From Myxococcota bacterium (lineage in GTDB: Bacteria > Myxococcota_A > Polyangia > Nannocystales > Nannocystaceae): 64,000 nucleotides of DNA. How positions within the stretch are numbered: the first letter of the stretch is position 1; each line of letters opens with the position of its first letter. The notes under the pieces were generated by a model. That model was given only the letters and a program-made list of their open reading frames with translations. It made no database searches and was not told the origin of the DNA. Location: the NCBI GenBank assembly GCA_039028615.1, contig JBCCHT010000001.1, positions 640,001 through 704,000 of the forward strand, given 5' to 3'. The position numbers were made by a program, and so were the translations under genes. Positions 54,494-64,000 of the stretch are shown piece by piece.

Positions 54494-55660
54494 TCAGGGC
54501 ACGACGATACCGCCCGTGAACACGATGTCGTCGACCCAAACCGTGTCATCACCGTGCGCGATGATGCCGTCCTTGTCGTAGCGCCACTCGAAGTTGTGTA
54601 GGCCAGCCGGGACCGGCATCACGTAGGTCTCGGCCTCGGTCAGCCCCGACCACTGCTCCTGGACCACGCCATCCATATAGAAGAGCAGGAAGTCGTAGCC
54701 CCCTTCGGTGCTCTCGCGGTGGGTGAAGGAGATCTGCCCCTCGGACCCGAAGAGCCCGTCGATCGACATGAAGTTCACGTCGCTGTCGTCCAGGTCGGTG
54801 GAGGTCGCGGAGTAGGTGCCCGCGATGGCGTTGGCCGACTCCACGACCCAAGGCAACGCGAGCGGCAGCGAGAAGAACTCGGGAGGCAGCACGCCGCCCT
54901 CGAAATCCTGCACGTACTCGCCGCCCGTGCAGCCGCTGACGTCGGCGATGCAGCTGGCCACGTCGCACGCGAGCGCGCCTCCGTCAAAGCCCATCGTCAC
55001 GCAGGTCGCCCCGCCGAAGTCGGCTCCGTCGCAGGCCTCCTCGCCCTGCGCGACGCCGTCGCCACAGATCGAGCACCCGGACAGGTCGAAGGCGCAGTCG
55101 CTGCCACACGCGACCGTCCCGCCCTCGAAGCCCATCGACTCGCAGGTGACCGCGGCCGGGACCTCGCCCTCGCAGTCTTCGGCTTCGTCGACGACCCCGT
55201 TGCCACAAGTGAGGCAGCCCGCCACGTCGAAGCCGCCGCAGTCGGCACTGCAGCCCAGCTCGCCGCCCCCAAAACCCAGGGACTCACAGGTCGCGCCGTC
55301 GAGGTCGGTCTGGTCGCAGACCTCGTCGCCCTCGACGATGGCATCCCCACACGAGGAGGCCATGCCCGTGCTCGCCTCGCCGCCCGAGTCCTCGGTCGCC
55401 GTGTCCATGCCCGTGCTCGCCTCCTCGCCCGTGCTCGTCCCCGGCTCGCCGCCGTCGCTACTGCCCTCCGAAGAGACCTCTTCCTCGCCCGCCGTGCTCC
55501 CGCCCGACGACTCGTCGTGCGCGTGGCCAGTCGTGCCGCTCGAGCTGGCCGCCTCCGACTCCCCGACATCGTCCGGGTCGGCATCGCCGCATCCGACGGC
55601 CAGGGCCGGGGCAAGGGTGCACAGGGTCAACAGTCGAACGAAGGGTCGGAGAGTCGTCAT
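54494..55660 (-). CDS. Cys-rich repeat lipoprotein with C-terminal beta-sandwich
   Basis: Lipobox LAVGC, three CGD/NG..E.CD..TCES.GF.GG.L.C..DC repeats, YDFLLF..VWVDDI. Confidence 0.8.
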   Translation of the reverse strand: MTTLRPFVRLLTLCTLAPALAVGCGDADPDDVGESEAASSSGTTGHAHDESSGGSTAGEEEVSSEGSSDGGEPGTSTGEEASTGMDTATEDSGGEASTGMASSCGDAIVEGDEVCDQTDLDGATCESLGFGGGELGCSADCGGFDVAGCLTCGNGVVDEAEDCEGEVPAAVTCESMGFEGGTVACGSDCAFDLSGCSICGDGVAQGEEACDGADFGGATCVTMGFDGGALACDVASCIADVSGCTGGEYVQDFEGGVLPPEFFSLPLALPWVVESANAIAGTYSATSTDLDDSDVNFMSIDGLFGSEGQISFTHRESTEGGYDFLLFYMDGVVQEQWSGLTEAETYVMPVPAGLHNFEWRYDKDGIIAHGDDTVWVDDIVFTGGIVVP

Positions 55661-55783
55661 CGCCAAGCTCGCCTCGGTGGGCTCGGCGTGATGGACCGAC
55701 CGATCCGATTTTCGATCACGGCTCGGCTGTTTTTTCTGGGAAACCGGCCTCAGCGGGTTTCCTGGCGGTTCGACGCCCCTGGC

Positions 55784-57712
55784 TCACAGCCGCGTCAGGT
55801 ACGGGTAGGACTGCAGCAGCCCCAGCGTCCACTGCTGGCCCAGCGAGGTCTCCCGCTCGAGGTGTCGCTGGCGGAAGTCGTGCCGCAGCCCGTCGATGTC
55901 GAAGTCCATCGCCAGCAGCGAGTCCTCGTTGGTCGCCCCCATCTTCACGTCGAGCACGAGGTCGTCATTCAGCGTGATCGGCACCACGCCCGCGATCTCG
56001 AGCGACGGCTCGTCGGGCCCCCGCACCACCACGTCGTGGATGCGCGAGAACAGGTTGTGCTGATTGGCGAGGCTGTCCTGGTAGGCCCCCGTCATGAAGA
56101 AGCCCAGGTAGTACTTCTCCTTCGAGTCCTTGCGCTCGTGCAGCGGCAAGAAGCGCATGTTGTCGTCGGGGTGGGCAAAGCTCGTCACGCAGCCGTCGCT
56201 GTCGCAGGTAATGTCGACGATCTCGGTGTTGAGCGTGGGTCGCTCGCCGTGCCTCGACAGCGGCGCGGCCGGGAACACCTGGTCCACACTCCACGCGTCG
56301 GGCAACGACTGGAAAATGGAAAAGTTCGCCAGGTACTTGCGCTGCGCCTTGCCCAGGTACGCGGCGATCTCCTCGGACGGTCGCTTGAGCCCGTCGATGA
56401 TGAGGGTGACCTTGCTGCGAACCTCCAAGAACAAGGCTTCCGCCGCGGCCCGGTCCTCGAGGGAGAGATAACCGCTGGAGAACAGCTCCAGGGCCTCGTC
56501 GCGAAAGTCGACCGCGTCGTGGAAGTACTCCTCGTAGTTCTTCGCGGACAAAAGCTCCAGCGTCTCGCGCAGCGACGCGATGATTCGATGCTCGGCCTCG
56601 CGGGGCTCGGACTGCGGCGGCAAGGGCAACGACCCCTGCACCTCTCGCAGATCGGTGATCGTCACCGCGTGTCGAGCCACCATCGCTCGGCCGCTCTCGG
56701 TCACCAGGGTCGGCGCGGTGGCCCCCGTCTCCTCCACCACCTCACCCACCTCGAACACGGCCTGGCTGGCGTACTCCTCGACGCTGTAGTTCGCCGAAGA
56801 CGGGTACGACGACCGGCTGCCGTCGTAGTCCACGCCCAGGCCACCCCCGATGTCGAGGTAGCGCATGGTGGGCGCGTACGACAGCTGCAGCGCGCTATAA
56901 AGCCGCGCCGCCTCGCGGATGGCCTGCTTGATCTGCTTGATGCGGGTGATCTGCGAGCCGATATGGAAGTGCAGCAAGACCAGGCGCTCGAGCTGATCGG
57001 CGGCCTCGAGCGTGTGCACCACGTCGAGGATCTCGGTGGTGGTCAGGCCGAACTTGGAGGTCTCTCCGCCGGAGCTCTGCCAGCGGCCGCTGCCCCGCGC
57101 GTAGAGCTTGGCGCGAACGCCCAGGTCCGGGGTCGCCTTCCACTCTTGCTCCTGGCCCACCTGGATGAAGCGCACCACCTCGCGGATCGACTCGATGATC
57201 ACGATGACCCGATGCCCGAGCTCGGCCGCGTGATAGGCCATGCGCATGAACTCGCGGTCCTTGTAGCCGTTGACCAGGAGCGGCGCGTCCTCGGTGGGCG
57301 GCTGCGCCATGGCCAGGAGCATCTCGGGCTTGCTCCCCGCCTCGAGGCCGAAGCCGACCTCGCGGGCCTGGGTCACCGCGTCGATCACCACCTTGCGCTG
57401 GTTGACCTTGATGGGCAGCACCCCGCGGTAGCCCCCGCTGTAGCCGTTCTCGGTGATCGCCTTGTGGAAGGCCCGAGTCAGCCGCTGCATCTGCCCCTTC
57501 ACCACGGTGGGGAAGCGGACGATGAACGGGGTTCGAATGCCGCGCCCCTCGAGGTGCTCGGCGAGCTGGTGCAGGTCCACGGGGGCGAGCCCGGGTGCAC
57601 GAAACACCAGGTGCCCCTGGTCGTTGACGGACAAGAACTCCTCGCCCCAGCGATCGACGCCGTAGCGCTTGAGCGAGACCTCCATCGCGTAGGGAGCGGG
57701 CACGCCAGCCAT
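55784..57712 (-). CDS. speA: Biosynthetic arginine decarboxylase
   Basis: LPIKVNQ (PLP Lys), [60 protein letters not shown]. Confidence 0.95.
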   Translation of the reverse strand: MAGVPAPYAMEVSLKRYGVDRWGEEFLSVNDQGHLVFRAPGLAPVDLHQLAEHLEGRGIRTPFIVRFPTVVKGQMQRLTRAFHKAITENGYSGGYRGVLPIKVNQRKVVIDAVTQAREVGFGLEAGSKPEMLLAMAQPPTEDAPLLVNGYKDREFMRMAYHAAELGHRVIVIIESIREVVRFIQVGQEQEWKATPDLGVRAKLYARGSGRWQSSGGETSKFGLTTTEILDVVHTLEAADQLERLVLLHFHIGSQITRIKQIKQAIREAARLYSALQLSYAPTMRYLDIGGGLGVDYDGSRSSYPSSANYSVEEYASQAVFEVGEVVEETGATAPTLVTESGRAMVARHAVTITDLREVQGSLPLPPQSEPREAEHRIIASLRETLELLSAKNYEEYFHDAVDFRDEALELFSSGYLSLEDRAAAEALFLEVRSKVTLIIDGLKRPSEEIAAYLGKAQRKYLANFSIFQSLPDAWSVDQVFPAAPLSRHGERPTLNTEIVDITCDSDGCVTSFAHPDDNMRFLPLHERKDSKEKYYLGFFMTGAYQDSLANQHNLFSRIHDVVVRGPDEPSLEIAGVVPITLNDDLVLDVKMGATNEDSLLAMDFDIDGLRHDFRQRHLERETSLGQQWTLGLLQSYPYLTRL

Positions 57713-57912
57713 CCCCGCCAGGGTGGCCGCGGTCGTTGCCGGGGCGCAAGACCCGGGGCTCCCCCCTTCGCCAGAGGCATCCCGCGGGGCCCCACGGGTC
57801 CAAAGAGCCCGCCCGGGGGGCGGCCCGCTCCCGGTCGGCGAGCCCCGCGAGCCCCTGCTATGCTCCGGCCCCTCCCGCCCCCTGGGCGGCCCCAAGCAAG
57901 CGAGCAAGAGCC

Positions 57913-59595
<1,683 letters not shown>

Positions 59596-59621
59596 CACAC
59601 ACCGCGCACTCGAGGCGGCGG

Positions 59622-59646
59622 GCCCACGACGACCATCGTCGTGGGC
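59622..59646 (+). terminator. Hairpin downstream of ettA
   Basis: GCCCACGACGA-cca-TCGTCGTGGGC, 11-bp perfect stem. Confidence 0.55.
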
Positions 59647-59723
59647 TCGACTCGTTTGTGGGTGAACGCAATGCCACGTGGGCACTCGAAGCTCGGCTCG
59701 TCGGCCTGCGATGGCATTCGGCC

Positions 59724-59755
59724 GCAGGACGCAGGACGCAGGACGCAGGACGCAG
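59724..59755. repeat. Intergenic heptamer tandem repeat (GCAGGAC)4 + GCAG
   Basis: Direct reading of the sequence. Confidence 0.85.
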
Positions 59756-59877
59756 CGTCACGCTCTGGAAAACGGCCCGAACGTGCCGTTTCTTTTCATG
59801 AGAAAGAGACGGTCCAAATTCGGTCTCCGACTGCCTATAGAGAGGCGAACTGGCAGCATCTGGCCGCCCCCCACCTC

Positions 59878-60792
59878 ATGCTTTCACGATCTTCAGCCCT
59901 TCTCGTCCTTCTGCTCGTGTTCGGCACCTCCTCCCTCGCCCAGGCGATGGAGCCCGCGGAGGCGCAACCCGGTGCCACCGCGCCCAGCAACGACCGCGGG
60001 GCCTCGCCGTCACCGGACGATGACGGAACGGCCGCCGAGCCTGCGCCCACCCCCGACGAATCGTCGCCGTCCCCAGACCGGACGCCCGACGAGTCGTCCG
60101 CACCGACGGAGGAGCCCGCGGAGGACATCGCCGAGCCTCCTGCCCCTCGCGTCTACGACTACGACTCGCCCGATCTCGAACGTCGAGGCCGGTCTTCCGC
60201 TGCCCCCACCGCGACCGACGCACAGGACCCGCTCCAACTTCGCCGGGCTCGGCTCGGCGGCATCCTCGTCGGCGTCGGGCTCACCGCCGCCGTCGTGGCC
60301 CCGGTCGTCGTGGTCCGCCCTCGTCCCGCCATCGCCGTCGACACGGGTGATGGCACCTCGCTCGCGCTCTCGGCCGATGGCGGCCCGCTGATCGCGGGGG
60401 GTGTCGTCAGCGTCGTCGGTGGGGTCACCACCATCGTCGGCGGGCGCATGCTCTCCGACCTCGGGGGCGACCCACGCCATGCGCCGCGTCGCCAACGCGC
60501 GCTGGGCATCGCATCCGGGGTCAGCTTCGGGGTCGCCAGCGGCCTATTCGTGGCCGGCGTGGTCGACATGGCCCGGGGCGGCGTGCTGTGGAACAACGTG
60601 CTCGAGCGCGAGTTCTCCCCGGAGAACGTCGTCGACGGCGAAGAGGCCGGCCGCCGTATCACCCGAGGCATCGCCATGCTCTCCGCCGCCCTCCCCATGG
60701 CCGGACTCGGCCTCGGCCTGAGCCTGGGCGACGATGCTCGGGCCCGCGTCGTCCCCAGCGGAGCCGGAGTCGCAGTCGTCGGGCAGTTCTAG
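59878..60792 (+). CDS. Hypothetical exported/membrane protein
   Basis: Signal peptide (LAQA), Pro/acidic linker, Gly-rich hydrophobic helices, C-terminal VVGQF. Confidence 0.65.
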   Translation: MLSRSSALLVLLLVFGTSSLAQAMEPAEAQPGATAPSNDRGASPSPDDDGTAAEPAPTPDESSPSPDRTPDESSAPTEEPAEDIAEPPAPRVYDYDSPDLERRGRSSAAPTATDAQDPLQLRRARLGGILVGVGLTAAVVAPVVVVRPRPAIAVDTGDGTSLALSADGGPLIAGGVVSVVGGVTTIVGGRMLSDLGGDPRHAPRRQRALGIASGVSFGVASGLFVAGVVDMARGGVLWNNVLEREFSPENVVDGEEAGRRITRGIAMLSAALPMAGLGLGLSLGDDARARVVPSGAGVAVVGQF

Positions 60793-60831
60793 GGGTCGAT
60801 CGACCGGGGCCAAGTCCTCGCGGCCTCGCCC

Positions 60832-61293
60832 CTACCAGCTCGAGTGCGAGTGCGAGTGCGAGTGGTCCTCGTCGTCGTCCTCGGGCGCGCGGCAGTCCTC
60901 GAAACTCACGACCCCCTCGACATGCCAGCCGCGTGGCGTGGTGCAGTCCATCTCGAAGCTGCCCTGCATCTTGCCGTTGTCGGTGGTCGAGTTGAACTTG
61001 CGCAGCAGGTCGCCGTCGAGGAACTCGCAGTCGTCTCGGTCCAGATCGAAGGCCCCCACGCCGGGCGAGAAGAACAGCACCGCGGGCGCGTCGTCCCGAC
61101 GGTAGAAGTTCATGATCTGGTGCGCGTCGTCGGACAGCTCGACCCCGAAGAACCCGCGGTCGTTGCCGTCGGTGCACTGGGTCGGCACGAACTTCAGCGT
61201 GGCTCCGCGATCGGTCGACAGCGAGACGTGCCCCGACACCGGATCGGAGCATGCCAACAGACCCACCAGAGGAACGAGACCCAGCCAACGCAT
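60832..61293 (-). CDS. Hypothetical lipoprotein with acidic/His-Ser tail
   Basis: Lipobox LLAC; C-terminal EDDDEDHSHSHSHSSW encoded by (CGAGTG)4. Confidence 0.7.
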   Translation of the reverse strand: MRWLGLVPLVGLLACSDPVSGHVSLSTDRGATLKFVPTQCTDGNDRGFFGVELSDDAHQIMNFYRRDDAPAVLFFSPGVGAFDLDRDDCEFLDGDLLRKFNSTTDNGKMQGSFEMDCTTPRGWHVEGVVSFEDCRAPEDDDEDHSHSHSHSSW

Positions 61294-61552
61294 GCCCCCT
61301 CACGATACAGGGCTCCGCCAGCGCGAACGAGCGACACGGGTGGACAATTTCCGGCCGGAGCCCGCCTCGGCGTCACGCGCGACGCTCTGGAGACAATCGG
61401 GTGCCGAGGCGTCGAAGTGGCCGTGATCGCTCGAATCGGCCGCCATCGGCATCGTCGATGGAAGCGTCGTGCGAGTGCAGCGGCTGCTCGCCGCCGCCCT
61501 CGATGTCCCGCAGCCAACGAGCTGAACGCGCCCGAGTGACGATCACCGCCGC

Positions 61553-62725
61553 TCAGCGACGGCGACGACGCAGGCCGAGCAGGCCGAGCAGCAGCGCCGC
61601 GCCGAACCACGGGGGGGCGCCCGTCGAGCAGCCGCAGCCCCCTCCGTCTCCGCCGTCGGCCGCCCCACCGTCGCCCTCGGTCGTCGCCTCTCCCGAAGAG
61701 CCGGTCTGCGCACCACTGGAGGTGCCGGGGCTTCCCGAAGTCGTCCCCGGCATGGTGTCGGACGTGCCGCCGTCGGCGGCGCCCGTCGTGCCGTCTCCGT
61801 CTCCGCTGGCTTCGTCGTCGTTGCCGTCGCCGCTCCCCTCGTCACCCGTGCTCTCGCCATCGCCCTCGTTCAGGCACGAGGCGGAGCACCCATCGTCGTC
61901 GTCGTCGTTGCCGTCGTCGCACTCTTCGCCCGACTCGAGGATCGTGTTGCCACACTCGCCGTCGGCCCACTCGATGATGTTCTGCGCGAGCGCCAGGTTG
62001 TCGAGGTCGTTGATGTACGTGCTGGTGAACGCGTTGTGGTCGGAGACGACGAGGATCCGCCCCCCTTCCGCGAAGCCGGTCGAGGGCTCGAACACCACGA
62101 TGAACACGTCCTCGAGTCCCTCACCCGCCGCCAGGATCTCGCCCTCCGAGGGGTAGGTGAAGTTGACCGTGCCGTCGAGCTGGACCGCCGTGATCCCGTC
62201 CATGATGGGATGCGCGGTCACGGGGGAGCCGGTGTTGAAGCCGAGCGAGTACACGAAGTTGGCGACGCCCCAGCCCGAGAGCCAGCTGTCGTAGACCCCC
62301 TCGAAGGGGCCCTCGAAGCCGTTGCTGTCGGGGTGGATGACGAGCGTGCCGCCGTCGGCGATGAAGCCCGCCAGCGCGGTCGCTTCGTCCTCCGACAGGG
62401 TGCCCAGCGCCCCCGCGGTGGGGCCGGTGCCATCGCTGAGCATGGCCGTGTAGAAGATGTCCACGCCGGCGAGATACTCGGGGGTCAGCTCGTCGGTGGC
62501 ATCGGCCAGCTCGTCACCGTTGTCCTCGATGAGCCCGCGGAGCTCGCTGTGGTTGGTGCCGTACAGCGTGCCCGTCTGGTAGGCCATGCGGGAGGTATCG
62601 AAGCTGCCCCAGCTCGCCGCCTGAGCAACGGTGGCGGGCGTGGCGAGGGCCAGGAGCAAACCCAGCCCACCCGCGACGCGGGGCGAGGAGACAGCGGTGA
62701 ACATCGGCAGTAGTCGAGTCTTCAT
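61553..62725 (-). CDS. MYXO-CTERM sorted surface protein with Cys-rich repeat
   Basis: Signal peptide, alpha/beta domain, CGNTILESGEECDDGN..GCSASC, C-terminal GCGCSTG..FGAALLLGLLGLRRRR. Confidence 0.88.
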   Translation of the reverse strand: MKTRLLPMFTAVSSPRVAGGLGLLLALATPATVAQAASWGSFDTSRMAYQTGTLYGTNHSELRGLIEDNGDELADATDELTPEYLAGVDIFYTAMLSDGTGPTAGALGTLSEDEATALAGFIADGGTLVIHPDSNGFEGPFEGVYDSWLSGWGVANFVYSLGFNTGSPVTAHPIMDGITAVQLDGTVNFTYPSEGEILAAGEGLEDVFIVVFEPSTGFAEGGRILVVSDHNAFTSTYINDLDNLALAQNIIEWADGECGNTILESGEECDDGNDDDDDGCSASCLNEGDGESTGDEGSGDGNDDEASGDGDGTTGAADGGTSDTMPGTTSGSPGTSSGAQTGSSGEATTEGDGGAADGGDGGGCGCSTGAPPWFGAALLLGLLGLRRRRR

Positions 62726-62763
62726 GGGAGTTATGGGCTCACCCTAGCTCCGCTCTCCGGTCG

Positions 62764-63561
62764 ATGCGAACGCCATTTGCTAGAGTGCTCGCAGTGCTCA
62801 AGAAGCTCGCGATCGCGCTGTTGCTGCTCGTGCTCGTGGTCGCAGGCGTCCTGGGCTGGCTGTGGCATCGGGCCACCGAGCTGCCCGAGTGGTACACCGA
62901 GCAGTCGCTCGAGGAGTACGCGGGGCAGCCCGTGCGTGAAGACGGCACGGTCGCGCCTCCGCAGTGGATCGCCCTCGACGAGCAGGGTCAACGTCTGCCC
63001 CAGGCCGAGCCCGAACTCGCACCGTCGGCGGCCCCACCTCCGGTCGACGCCCAGGCCGAAGGCGCTCCCGCGACCGCCCAACCGTCCCCGCGCAAGCGCC
63101 GACGCGCGGAGCCCAACCCGGCCGCCAAGCGCCACGAACTCCGCGGCTTCCACGTGCGACGGGGCAAGGACGGCAGGCCGCGCTCCAGCCCGGCCATCAA
63201 GGCCTCGCGGGCCTCCTACGAGTCGAGGCGACTCGAGATCGGGGTCATCCTCGACCTGTCTCGCCTCCCCCGCGACAAGCTGAAGAAGCGCGATCGCATC
63301 CGCTACCAGCGAGCGGTCGACAACTTCCCCGGCATCACCGATCGCGACGTCTGGGTCGGGGTCGAAGACGAGCCGATCAGCGTCGGCGGCTACCTCCAGC
63401 TCAGCCCCGAAGCCGAGGTTCGCATCGGCAGCCTGACCTACTCGCTGGCGAGCGCGGCAGAGCGCATGGGCATGTCGTCGATGGAGCTGCGCCTGGAGCT
63501 CAACCGCGAGCTTCGTCGGCTGGGCTTCGTGGACCCCGAGGGGCGCTCCTCGGCCGACTGA
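62764..63561 (+). CDS. Hypothetical membrane-anchored protein
   Basis: N-terminal TM then LPEWY; GC-biased ORF. Confidence 0.65.
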   Translation: MRTPFARVLAVLKKLAIALLLLVLVVAGVLGWLWHRATELPEWYTEQSLEEYAGQPVREDGTVAPPQWIALDEQGQRLPQAEPELAPSAAPPPVDAQAEGAPATAQPSPRKRRRAEPNPAAKRHELRGFHVRRGKDGRPRSSPAIKASRASYESRRLEIGVILDLSRLPRDKLKKRDRIRYQRAVDNFPGITDRDVWVGVEDEPISVGGYLQLSPEAEVRIGSLTYSLASAAERMGMSSMELRLELNRELRRLGFVDPEGRSSAD

Positions 63562-63571
63562 CGATTGGCGC

Positions 63572-64000
63572 CTATCGCTTGGGCCGACGCCGAACCTTAC
63601 GGAGCGTCCCGTCCGCGACCATCTCGTCGCGTCGCTGCGCCATGATCGCTTGCTCCTCGTCCACGAAGAAGCGCTCCGACCAAGGCGGGTTGCGGTGCGG
63701 AGACTTGTTCATGATGCTCTTGCGGTAGCCCGAGTGCGGCAGCCCGAAGAAGTGCCCCGCTTCATGGGCGAGCACCAGCGAAGAAGCGATGGACGACAGG
63801 ATGATCCATCGTTTCGAGGTCTCGGCGCGGTCACGCCAGTGCACGCCGCGAATGACCTCGCCCTCGACGTCCACGTCGGCCAGGCGCCGCACCACGAACA
63901 CGTGGATGACGCCCAGCGAGTGCTCCTTGCGACCGATCTGGTCGCGATCCAGGCGGGTCTGCATGTCGGCAAAGCGGGCATCGGCGGGGACGACCGAGCC
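63572..64000 (-). CDS. Zinc metalloprotease (metzincin), 5' end outside the window
   Basis: LAHEAGHFFGLPH and SIM Met-turn. Confidence 0.75.
   Translation of the reverse strand, partial: GSVVPADARFADMQTRLDRDQIGRKEHSLGVIHVFVVRRLADVDVEGEVIRGVHWRDRAETSKRWIILSSIASSLVLAHEAGHFFGLPHSGYRKSIMNKSPHRNPPWSERFFVDEEQAIMAQRRDEMVADGTLRKVRRRPKR

Overview
High-GC (~70% by eye) DNA of a myxobacterium. A Nannocystaceae-like origin is inferred from the MYXO-CTERM tail, myxobacterial Cys-rich repeats, a DUF1552/DUF1592 pair and many acidic-linker lipoproteins. The window has three parts. (1) About 1-24.6 kb is an apparent cellulose/glucan utilisation locus with no SusC/SusD or TonB-dependent receptor. A sigma54-type promoter precedes CBM2 lipoprotein > CBM11-like lipoprotein > CBM4-Ig-GH9 cellulase > novel beta-barrel. 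The region also holds an ECF sigma/FecR-TPR cassette, Cip1-like and expansin lipoproteins, DUF1552/DUF1592 (CxxCH), a second CBM11-like lipoprotein and a LacI-sensor/GAF/GGDEF diguanylate cyclase. (2) About 24.9-33.4 kb is a conflict/defence island. It carries a metallophosphoesterase-NACHT-pentapeptide-WD40 NLR-like protein, a putative AvrB/Fido-like effector with a T6SS-adaptor-like neighbour, and an Rpn nuclease with a likely internal antitoxin start. (3) About 33.5-64 kb mixes housekeeping genes (fmt, priA, speA, ettA), a truncated FlhB-like gene and many secreted or lipoprotein genes. No rRNA, tRNA or CRISPR array was seen. All family assignments come from motif recognition, not database searches, and several start codons are re-called from the ORF track.
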